Below the pieces are notes generated by a model. It ran no database searches and was not told where the DNA came from. It saw only the letters and a list, made by a program, of their open reading frames with translations. The translations under genes and the position numbers were made by a program. Shown one piece after another: positions 37,830-47,929 of a stretch of 64,000 nucleotides of DNA. The stretch comes from Prorocentrum cordatum (taxonomy: Eukaryota). Every line of letters begins with the position of its first letter. Position 1 is the first letter of the stretch. The DNA is taken from positions 992,001 to 1,056,000 of the forward strand of contig CAUYUJ010000225.1 of NCBI GenBank assembly GCA_963575745.1, written 5' to 3'.

Positions 37830-38290
37830 ATCTATGGGGCGGGCTACTTACTCACGCTGTCACAGCCTTGGTGCCCGGGCACAGTGCTTCAACCGTCGCG
37901 TCGAAACGCAGAACCCAATTCCTCGGGCTGTTGTGGAGCTGCTTGACGGCTTTGTCGACACCCGCTTCTTCTCCCTAGCGGCACAGCACGCAAGTTCGCT
38001 GCGCCAGGCGGGGATTGGCCTGCTTCTTGAAGAACTTGCAGAGCTTCCTGGGGCTCTTGTAATAGATCACACACCCACTCGGCGTCTGGGCAAGCGCTTG
38101 CAAAACGCGGGGGCAGTGTAGGCAGGTCTTCCGCGAGAGCCTCTGTTACAGCCACGTGGTAGCTCTTGCTCGAGTTCCGAAGCTTCTCCGTGTACTGGAT
38201 GCCTTTGGGAGAATCCTCCCGTGCAAAGTCAGTCGGCGTTGTGGAGAAAAAAATATCCCGGCAAAACAACCTAACAGCCATGTGTAGGAC
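37830..38290 (-). pseudogene. Coding-like fragment, possibly the last exon of the transposase gene
   Basis: TTPTDFAREDSPKGIQYTEKLRNSSKSYHVAVTEALAEDLPTLP... with a CAG|G at 38291; it follows a repeat-filled gap. Confidence 0.3.
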
Positions 38291-38309
38291 CTGGCCGGGG
38301 CAGCCGGCC

Positions 38310-39170
38310 GCCCTCCCCTCCTGCTCGTCCTCCTCCTCCTCCTCCTCCTGCTCGTCCTCGTGTTCCTCCTGCTCGTCCTCTTTCTCCTGCTCCTCCTCCT
38401 CCTCCTCCTCCTCCTCCTCCTCCTCCTCCTCCTCATTTTTCTCCTGCTCCTCCTCCTCCTCCTCCTCCTCCTCCTCTTCCTCCTGCCGTCCTCTTCTCTC
38501 CTCCTCGTCTTGCTCGTCCTCCTCCTCCTGGTGCTCTCTCCTCCTCCTTCCTCCTCCTCCTCCTCTCCTCCTCCTGGTGGCCTCGTTCTCCTTCTCCTTC
38601 TCCTCGTCTCCTCCTTCCTCCTCCGTCCCTCCTCCTCTCCTCCTCCTCCTCCCTCCTCCTCCTCCTCCTCCTCCTGGTAGTCCTCCCCCTCCCCTCCTCC
38701 TCCTCCTCCTCCTCTTCCTGGTCGCCCTCGTTCTCGTCCTCCTCGTCTTGCTCGTCCTCCTCCTCCTCTCTCCTCCTCCTCCTCCTCCTCCTCCTGCTCC
38801 TCCTCCTCCTCCTCCTCCTCCTCCTCCTCCTCCTCCTCCTCCTCCTGGTGGTCCTCCTCCTCCTCCTGGTGCTCTCCCCCCCCCTCCTCCTCCTCATCCT
38901 CGTCCTCCTCCTCCTCCTCCTCCTCCTCCTCCTCCTCCTCCTCCTCCTCCTCCTCCTCCTCCTCCTCCTCCTCCTCCTCCTCCTCCTCCTCTCCTCCTCC
39001 TCCTCCTCCGTCCGTCCTCCTCCTCCTGCTCGTCCTGGTCGTCCTCCTCCTCTGCTGTCCTCCTCCTCCTCCTGCTCGTCCTTCTTCTCCTGCTCCTCCT
39101 GCTCCTCGTCCTGCTCCTGCTCGTCCTCGTCCTCCTGGTCTTGCTCGTCCTCCTCCTCGTCGTGCTCTTG
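38310..39170. repeat. (CCT)n low-complexity tract
   Basis: Directly visible. Confidence 0.95.
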
Positions 39171-39184
39171 CCCCTGCTGAAAGT

Positions 39185-39595
39185 GTGGTCCAGGAATGGG
39201 AGTTCTGGGAAGTCGAAGAGCACGAAGTTGCCTACAGTTGGCTACGGGCATCCAAAATCTGGCCCGGGAATGGAGTTCTGGGAACTCGAAGACCACGAAG
39301 TGGCCTACAGTTGGCTCCGGGCATCCAAAATGTGGCCCGGGAATGGAGTTCTGGGAACTCGAAGAGCACGAAGTGGCCTACAGTTGGCTCCGGGCATTCA
39401 AAATGTGGCCCGGGAAGGGAGTTCTGGGGACTCGAAGACCACGAAGTGGCCTACAGTTGGCTCCGGGCATTCAAAATGTGGCCCGGGAATGGAGTTCTGG
39501 GAAATCGAAGAGCACGAAGTGGCCTACAGTTGGCTCCGGGCATTCAGAATGTGGCCCGGGAATGGAGTTCTGGGAAGTCGAAGAGCACGAAGTGT
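39185..39595. repeat. 73-bp tandem repeat, about 5.5 copies
   Basis: Unit GGAATGGAGTTCTGGGAACTCGAAGAGCACGAAGTGGCCTACAGTTGGCTCCGGGCATTCAAAATGTGGCCCG. Confidence 0.9.
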
Positions 39596-39607
39596 GTGAC
39601 TGTTGGC

Positions 39608-42600
39608 TTAAAATGAGCTCTGCGGCACCCTGTCCGGCACCCGCCCAGACCCCCCTGTGGAGTGATCTGTGAGCTCTTTTGAGACCACTAGAAACCTATC
39701 AGTCTTCGCTGTTAGGTAAAAAGCTCCCGCGAACGCTGCTACAATCTGGGCGGCGATGCAATAGTCGGTGTCAGCTGTTCCCGCCCAGACTACGTTTCCC
39801 TTCTTCCCCTGGGCCGTATGACGGGCAAGATAGTCCAGGAAGTCCACCGGGTCCTGAAACACCTTGAAACGCAAGCGCTGCGCCTTGTTGCGAGCGCCCA
39901 CATCTACCATGCGAGCCAGCATGAGCCCAGCGGGGCGCGGGGGGGGGGGCAGCAAGTAAGCGTCACGGCCCGCAGCTGGCCTGGCACTGCGCGGGACTTT
40001 CTTCTCTCGGGTACTCCTGGCCTTGGCGGCGGCCTTTGCCCCTCCAAGATTGCGCTCTCGGATCTTGGCCTCCCGCTTGGCGACGGCGGCGACGACTTTT
40101 ACAGCGGGCCCGACTGGATCTGCGCCGCTCGCCTGGGCCGCCCCCTCAGCCAGCGCAGCGAGATCGGGGGCGCCCTCCGCGAGAAGGCGGGCGCGCTTGC
40201 TCGGGGAAGCGGCCGCCATGGCGTCGACGGCAGCTGCTCGCCTGCGCCCGAAGCCTACCTCTGTCCGACGTGCTGCCCCAGGCTCCCGCGTGCTTCCCAT
40301 GTCGCGCCTCTCGGCCCTCCTCAGCGGCACGATCTTCCCCTGCGCGACCTCATGTAGCTTGAGCACATGCCTGTACCAACGACTGGCGGCAGAGCTCTCA
40401 TTGTCGTCCAGCCACGCGCGCAGCAACCTGCTGGAGGGCGCCTGGTCCACGAGCGTCCACTCCTCGACGGACACGTCGAGGAGCCGCGCCCTCTCGGGGC
40501 AATGCACCTCCGAGAAACGGCGGAATCGCCTCTCCACGCTGCCCGTGCTCGTTTTCCATACAGAGGAAGAGCTCCACGAGGCGACGGCCGCTGGGGAGCT
40601 CGGGCCACTCCGCCGCAGCGCGGCCCCAAGCCTGCCGCGTGGTGCCCCCGTCTCGATGATGCACCTCGGCACGCAGCAACATGTGCCGCAGCTGGGAGAT
40701 TGCCTCCTGCTCGGGGAGGTCTGCCGCCTGGCAGATGCGCTTCAAACAGGCCTCGGCTTCTGTTGCATGCTCTGTTGCAGACGGGGACAGGGGGGAAGGC
40801 AAGCGAAAGGCTGTAAAGGCGTGCAACCAAGAATGCTATGGCCGATATAGCTTCACGTTCTCCTTCACATTGGCCGCGACCCCCTGCGCTCGTCGAAGAG
40901 CCGCGTGGACGGCTTCGCGGGCTCGGGGCTCCGTTCCCCAATCGCCGATGCCAACGGTCTGGACGCCAGTGCCGCACGCGAACCGCTTCGTGGCCTTCAG
41001 AAACCTGAGGGTGACGCCAGTAAACGCGTTGGGGATGGCCAGAATATCCCCCTGGACGAACAATGTATCCAGCTTGGAGAGGAAAGCGGCGGCCCTGGAT
41101 TGAACGCTGGCAGCGTCGGGGTTGCTCTTGTCTCCGGTGGCGACCCAGGAGTAGTGCTCCGCGCTCAAGTCGGCCAGCAACCCCCCCAGGAGCAGGCGCG
41201 AACTGTTCTCGCCCCCGAGCCCTTCCAGAATCTGTCGGGCGAGAATGCGCCGATCTTTGTCCTTCCCCTGGGACTCCACTCCGAGCGCTTCGAAAATGAC
41301 TTCCCAACGCCGACTTTCCCGTGCTGAGGGCCTCGCCCGACTGTTGAAACGCTGGGGGGCCCAGCCGAAGTTTTTGACGAACGCGACGCCGTCTGCCACC
41401 AGCTGCTGCTCCCCGAGTGTGTTGCGGAACACGGTGGAGGTAGTCAGGAACTTGGCCAGACTTGGCGGCTTCTTGCCCGTTACCAGCAGCTCGTCCGTGG
41501 CCGTTATTTCGCTGTCTCCTTTCATCGAATTGGCCAGAACCTTCTGGGACGAGTGAGACTCGTCCCACGCGTGAAACGCCAGCCCAGGGAACGTAGCTGT
41601 TGCAGCCAGGGGTACACTTAGATCCGCCCCATCGCTGCACCACGCCCGAGTCTCCTGTCGCACATGCTTGTGCAAGTCCCCGTCCAGCTCCCCGCCTGCC
41701 GTCTGGCACGCGCGACGGGCGCACTCCTCCAGCATGGAAGCCTTGCCGTCGCAGCCCATGCCCCGCGGGAACTCCCGCGCCCCGATCGCCCGATCCACGA
41801 TCCAGGGCCCTCTGGGGCCCAGCTGTTCCAGCCAGCCTGCCTTGAGACCGTAGCTTGGGCGGAAGTCCAAAGCCTTCGGGATCGACCGCAGCGCGGTGCC
41901 AATTTCGACCTGGTACGTGCGGTCGAGGCCGTCCGCAGCCAAACGAGAAACAGCACCATGGTTGAGGATCCTCTGCGTGATGATCTTCTCGTGCTGAGCC
42001 ATGGTGGTCACCAGCCTTCGGCGCTGCCGACTAGACTCCAAAACTTGGCGGTCGCCCCCAACGAACGCATCCCGCCACGCGTCGAAACTACTGAAGGAAC
42101 TGGTTGTCTCCAACATTGCACGGGTGGCGACCGCTGCGCGGCGACCAGGGCGCTGGTCGGCGGCGCGGACGACGGCGGGCGCAGGCGCCACGGCTGTTGC
42201 AGCTGCCGCAGCTGATGCAGACGTTGTGGGGAACACAGACACGGGGAGACCCTGGTGCGCACCTTCCGCTCGAATCCGCTCTTTCCACGCCGCTTCTGCT
42301 GCCTGGTGCTCCTCGCACTGTGCGTGGCGCACGAGGTTTTCCTTGCGTTGGAAACTCGCGGATCCCTGGCCCATGGTGGAATGGCAACGAGCGCCCTTGA
42401 ACGCCGAGCAGAACAAGCAGACTGCAAATCTACCACCTACGCAGCCTATCCAAGTTTCACTCTTCAGTGTTACTGGATTCGTCGCAGACATCGAGGCGCT
42501 CCACTTCTCCTTATTCTTCCAAAATTTGCAAGCGCCGCAGGTGGAGACGTGCTTTGGGTAGTCGTGGCTGGCGACGCGTTCCTCCAGGGTCATGGACAAC

Positions 42601-43040
42601 GAAGGCGGGAACTTCTCGACTACTTTGCTCAGGGCGGCCTTCGCCTTCGCTCTTGCAGCCGCGGCTGCCTCGCTGCTGGAGCCGCTGTCCTCTTCGGAGC
42701 CGCTGTCGGAGCCGCTGTTGGAGCCGCTGTCCTCTTCGGAGCCCGCTGTGTCGGCAACTCCGTCGGCGCCGTCGGCGTCGGACCCTGCGTCAGCATCGGC
42801 GTCCGAGCTGTTGCAGCTGCCACGACTTGGCGAAGCTGCCCTCGACGAGGCCGCCGAGGCCGCGCGGCTCGACGGGGCCGCTCTCGACGAGGCCGCGCGG
42901 CTCGAAGAAGAAGCAGGGCTCGGGGAAACATGGCTCGGGGAAATCAAAGAAGAGGACGAGGCCGCAGGGCTCGGCGAGGCCGCAGGGCTCGGGGAAACCG
43001 AAAGAGGGTTCGGGGAAACCGCCCCAGCGGACGACGACAT
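39608..43040 (-). pseudogene. hAT-superfamily (ZNF862-like) transposase, split by frameshifts near 40670-40840
   Basis: N-terminal finger CLFC...RHAQCEEH. Catalytic-like LAADG and WCSDGA. WDESH at the CxxH position and PQRFNS at the TRW position. Dimerisation-domain-like TSTGSVERRF...ERARL in ORF 39608-40672. Located ~300 bp from the right TIR. Confidence 0.75.
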
Positions 43041-43323
43041 TATTTTGAGCCAAGTCCTACGGGCCACAACGGTGACGATGGTGATGGCGATGGCGATGCT
43101 GATGGTATGGATGATGATGATGATGGGGATGGTGATGATGGTATGGTGAGGGCGGTTGTGGTGATGATGGTGATAGTGATGATGCTGATTCTGGATGTGA
43201 TGAGTACCACCATCATCACCATCACCATCGCCACCACCATCAGCACTACGATTTGATAACCACCATCATTACAATCGTCGTCGGCATCAAAACACAAAAA
43301 CACTCAACCGACTCAACCAAAAT

Positions 43324-43342
43324 CCGCCCTAAATCAAGCCAG
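43324..43342 (-). repeat. Right terminal inverted repeat (CCGCCCTAAATCAAGCCAG)
   Basis: Exact reverse complement of 13065-13083. Confidence 0.85.
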
Positions 43343-44040
43343 CCAAAAGCCGCCTGCCCCAGGGCCGCCCGCAGACAGCAAGGTGGCCTTGCTGCGAAGA
43401 TCCACTCGCTGCTTGACAGCAGCGTGAGTTGTCTTGTGGATAATCGCAACGACCGCCTTCTGTCGCGTCTCCTCGCGTAGTGAAGCAGCTAGCGGGGCCC
43501 CCGGGGAGGGCTCGGCGCCCTGGCGCCCCAGCTCTGCGCGCGCCTCTTCGAGCTTCGCGCGCGTCTGCGGGAGCGTCTCCAGGGCGTCCGCAAGCGAGGC
43601 GGCGCCGAGGCCGCGCTGCACCTCGCCTGCCGCCTGCGTCCAGGCCGCCCAGTACGCGGCCGCCCTGCGCGTGGCCGCCCACTGAAGCCCCACGCCACCC
43701 AGCTTCGCCGGCAAGCCTAGTATGTCGCGAGCCTCGGGCCCGAGCGGCCGCTCCGCCAGGTCTTCCCAGCAAGCGCGGAGCGCGGTGTCGTAGCGGAGCG
43801 TCTCGTCGTCAGCTGCCAGCGCCAGCTGCAGGTTGTGCTGGCTGGCGTTGCCCGCGTAGGTGCGCAGGAGCGCGGCGGCGGCCTGCCGAGGGAGGCCCCC
43901 GTGCTGCAGCTGGCGCAGCCGGCCCCAGAGCTGCTCCAAGCGCTCCCGGGCCCCGTCCAAGCCGCAGTTGCTTCCGCCGAGGTGGAGCGCGGCGCCGGCG
44001 TCCGTCTGCGGGTCCCCAGGCGCGCGGAGGTGGGCGCGGG
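43343..44040 (-). mobile_element. Non-LTR retrotransposon fragment (post-RT region), cut off by the TIR
   Basis: LGLPAKLGGVGL...AAAYWAAW...LLSAGGPGAGGF in ORF 43334-44047. Confidence 0.6.
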
Positions 44041-44269
44041 CTGGCATGGCATGTTAGAACATGGTAACATGATGTTTGCACATGAAAGGGCGGAAGGCAG
44101 GGCGCGCATGACGGAAGCTGAGGCGGCAGAAACGACGACGGCGGGGACGGGGAGGCGGAGGCAGAGGCGCAGCAGCGGGAGGCGGGAGGCGGGAGGAGGG
44201 AAGAGGAGCCAGGCGGGAAGCGGGAATAGGGAGGCGGGATAAGGAATGAGAGAGGTTGTGATTGGAGCC

Positions 44270-46350
44270 CCTGTGCTACGAAACGTCTCAGGCAGAACGG
44301 GCCAGACCATCTCGCGCTTAACATCTTCGAGCTTCGCATTGTGAGGATGGCTCAAGCGAAACGGGCCGGACCAGCTCGCGAGCGACATCTTCGAGCTCAG
44401 TATTTGAAGGATGTCTCAAACGAAGCGGGCTGGACAACATCTTACACACGTTCTGACAAGTCCACGTCACATTCGCTTCCCGTTGGGTCCTCTCCTGCAA
44501 CTCCCTTCCTTCTCCCTCCTCCCTCCTCCTCCTCCTCCTCCTCCTCCTCCTCCTCCTCCTCCTCCTCCTCCCCCTCCTCCCCCTCCTCCTGCCTGCTCCC
44601 TCATCCACATCCTCCTCCTCCTCCTCCTCCTCCTCCTCCTCCTCCTTCTCCCTTCCATCTCCTTCTCCTCCTCCTCCTCCTCCTCCTCCTGCTCCACCTC
44701 CTCTTCATCCCGAACGGCATCTTGGAGCCCAGAGTTGCGAGGATGCCTCCAGCGTAACGGGCTGGACCACCTCGCGCGCAGCATCTCAGAGCCCAGAGTT
44801 GCGACGATGTCTCGGGCGAAACGTGCTGCGAAGAAGTCTCAGGCGAAGCGGGCCGGACCACCTCGAGCGCGGCGTCTCAGAGCTCCGAGTTGCGGGGACC
44901 TCCTGGGGCCTCCTGGACCCCACCTGGGGCTTTCTAAAGCCTCTTGGGGCTCCCAGGGGGGATATCTAACATGTGGCCGTCTGGGCCCCCCAAATGGGGG
45001 GGGGGGGAGCACAAGAGCAGGAGAAATCAACGAATCGACACCGGATGTGTATTAACTTGACACGTGTTGATAGGGAGCCTCCTGGGGCCTCCTGGGAGCC
45101 TCCTGGGAATCTCCTGGGGACCCCTGGGGCCTGTTATGGGCGTCCTGCGGCCTCCCCTGGGCGTCCTGTCCTGGGAGCCTCCTGGGAAGCTTTCTGGGGC
45201 CTCCTGGGGCTCCCAGGGTCCCAGGGGGGATATGTAACATGTGGTCTTCTGGGCCCCCAGGCTGGACCACCTCTTGCGCGGCATCTGGGAGCTCAGAATT
45301 GCGAGAATGTCTTGTGCGAAACGGGCTGGAACACCTTGCGCACGGCATCTCAGAGCTCAGAGTTGCAAGGATGTCTCAGGCGAGACGGGCCGGACCACCT
45401 CGCGAAGGGCATCTCCGAGCTCAGAGTTGCGAGGATGTCTCAGGCGAAACGGGCTGGACCACGTCGCGCGCGGCATCTGGGAGCTCAAAGTCGCGAGAAT
45501 GTCTTGTGCGAAACGGGCCGGACCACCTCGCAAGCGGCATCTCAGAGCTCAGAGTTGCGAGGACGTCTCAGACGAAACTGGCCGGACCACCTCGCAAGCG
45601 TCATCTCGGAAAGCAAAAGTGCGAGGATGTCTCAAGTGAAACGGGCCGGACCACCTCTTGGGCGGCATCTCGGGGCTCAGAGTTTCGAGGATGTCTCAAG
45701 CGAAACGGGCCGGACCACCTCTCGCGCGGCATCATAGAGCGCAGAATTGCAAGGATGTCTCAGGCAAAACGGGCCGGACCATCTCGCGCACGACATATCA
45801 GGGCTCAGAGTTTGGAGGATGTCTCAGGTGAAACGGGCTGGACCACGTCGCGCGCGGCATCTCCGAGGTCAGAGTTGCGAGGATGTCTCAGGCGAACTGG
45901 GCTGAATTACCTCTTGCGCGGCAGCTCAGAGCTCGAAGTTTTGAGGATGTCTCAGGCGAAACGGGCCGGACCACCTCGCAAGCGGCATCTCGAAGCCCAA
46001 AGTTGCGAGGATGTCTCAGGCGAAACGGGCTGGACCACGTCGCGCGCGGCATCTGGGAGCTCAAAGTCGCGAGAATGTCTTGTGCGAAACGGGCCGGACC
46101 ACCTCGCAAGCGTCATCTCGGAGCCCGGAGTTGCGAGAATGTCTCAGGCGAAACGGGCCGGACCACCTCTCGCACGGCACCTCGGGGCTCAGAGTTTCGA
46201 GGATGTCTCAAGCGAAACGGCCCGGACCACCTCTCGCGCGGCGTCCTGGAGCGCAACTTTTCGAGGATGTCTCAGGCGAAACGGCCAATCCTGGCCAACT
46301 CAGAAACGAGAGTTGTGAGGATGTCTCAAGCGAAACGGCCCGGACCATGG
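44270..46350. repeat. 64-bp minisatellite (interrupted at ~44460-44710 and ~44900-45260)
   Basis: Unit GAGGATGTCTCAGGCGAAACGGGCCGGACCACCTCGCGCGCGGCATCTCGGAGCTCAGAGTTGC. Confidence 0.9.
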
Positions 46351-46377
46351 ATGTTTGGGGAAAAACTGTTTGGGGAA

Positions 46378-46765
46378 AAAATGTGGCTCTCGCCTTAGCG
46401 CCGCGTACATTCGTTTCAAATATTTGCAAGAGTTTCACGGATTGAAGGCGGTTCCTTTTCAACATGTGGCTCTCGCATTAGCACCGCGCACCTTCGTTGT
46501 AAAAACTTGCAAGAATTTCACGGATTGAGGGCGGGTGGTTTTCAACATGTGGCTCTCGCCTCACCGCTGCGCACTTTCGTTTTAGAAATTTTCACGGATT
46601 GAGGGTGGATCGTTTTCAAATGTGGCTCCCACCTTTCTGCCGCGCGCATTCGCTTCAAACATTTGCAACAATTTCACAGATGTTGGGCGTTTCCTTTTCA
46701 AAATGTGGCTCTCGCCTTAGCGCCGCGCACATTCGTTTTAACAATTTGTGGGAAGTTCCACGGAT
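46378..46765. repeat. ~80-bp tandem repeat, about 5 copies
   Basis: Recurring ATGTGGCTCTCGCC...TTTCACGGATTGA. Confidence 0.85.
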
Positions 46766-47929
46766 CCCCATGATCAACGTACCAGAAGTGGTGCTTTGGA
46801 AAGATTCAGGATTATGCGGGCGCAACAGGTAGGTCGATTCGCGGTGTTGAAATCCCCCAAATGGCGTTATGACACGATCCCGGATCGACAAAACGCAGCA
46901 CTCAGGTTGATACGTGGCGTCGAAATCCCGAGACCAATGTTTTGGCATGCTTCAAGATCTTCAAACGGTTGTCTTCCAACGAGGCATTTCCCCCAGTGGA
47001 AATGAACCGTTGTAGGGGCCTACGAAGAAGAAGCTTGGAGGGAGGGTTAATTCCAACATCGTTGATGACTCTTGGGTTTACACTGGTCCTCCTCCTCCTC
47101 CTCCTCCTCCTCCTCCTCCTCCTCCTCCCCCACCCCCCTGGCCTCGGAATCAGGGACAGCGACCCGACGGGCGGAGCTGCCCCCGTGGCCGAGGCTCGCT
47201 CGAAGCATATAGCGCGCGGACGGCCCCGGCGCGCCAACCGCCGCGGCCCTCTGCACGCCCTAAAGGAAGCCGAGGGAGGCGAGCGGGCGCCAGCGGCTAG
47301 AGCAGGGGATGTCTGATCCAAGGTTGCCCCCCCTCCCCCCCCTTCCCCCCCCCCCCCCCCCCCCCCCCACGTGTATGGGATCGAGCCCCCCCGGCTGGAT
47401 GGGTACGCCCGTGAGCCTCGCGAAGGCCTCGCGAACAGCGTTTCCTCCGCCCTCCGCCCGCGAGCCTCGCGAAGGCCTGGCGAATGGGATCGCTCCCCCC
47501 CCGTGGTCGAGGTCCTGTGGGCGTGGCGCGGTGAAGGGTGACGCCTCCCTGCTTTCGCCGAGAGGTTTCTGAGACCAAGGTCGCAGGGCCTCGCGAATGC
47601 GAATGGGATCGCCCCCCCCCCCCCCCCCCGTGGTCGTGGCCCTGTGGGCGTGGCGTGGTGGAGGGTGGACGTTCCGCTGCGGGGTCGGACTTGTGCAGAC
47701 GCTTACGCTTGGTCCTTCATGGCGTGGCATAAGCCAAACCAAGCCATCTGCACACAAGGGACGGGGCCCCTCTGCCTCAGCGCAGACCCTCGAGACTAAC
47801 GCCACTTTGTTGTTTTGCCTGTTGTTCAGTCGTTTGATGATTGTCCATCTGGCGGACGCGACTGAGGAGCAGGAAATGCGGCAGAAGGTGGAGGAGGAGG
47901 CGGAGCGTCCTCTGGAATGTCTGAACTCC

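Larger units (their letters stand above)
13065..43342 (-). mobile_element. Candidate giant (~30 kb) cargo-carrying hAT-like DNA transposon, possibly a composite of related copies
   Basis: Perfect 19-bp inverted repeats at 13065-13083 and 43324-43342. Shared subterminal ACTCAACCGACTCAACC at both ends. hAT-like transposase next to the right end. Co-oriented cargo genes and a shared internal satellite. No target-site duplication seen. Confidence 0.6.

Noticed and set aside
44973..46445. Repetitive ORFs up to 359 aa
   Set aside because: These are translations of the 64-bp minisatellite.
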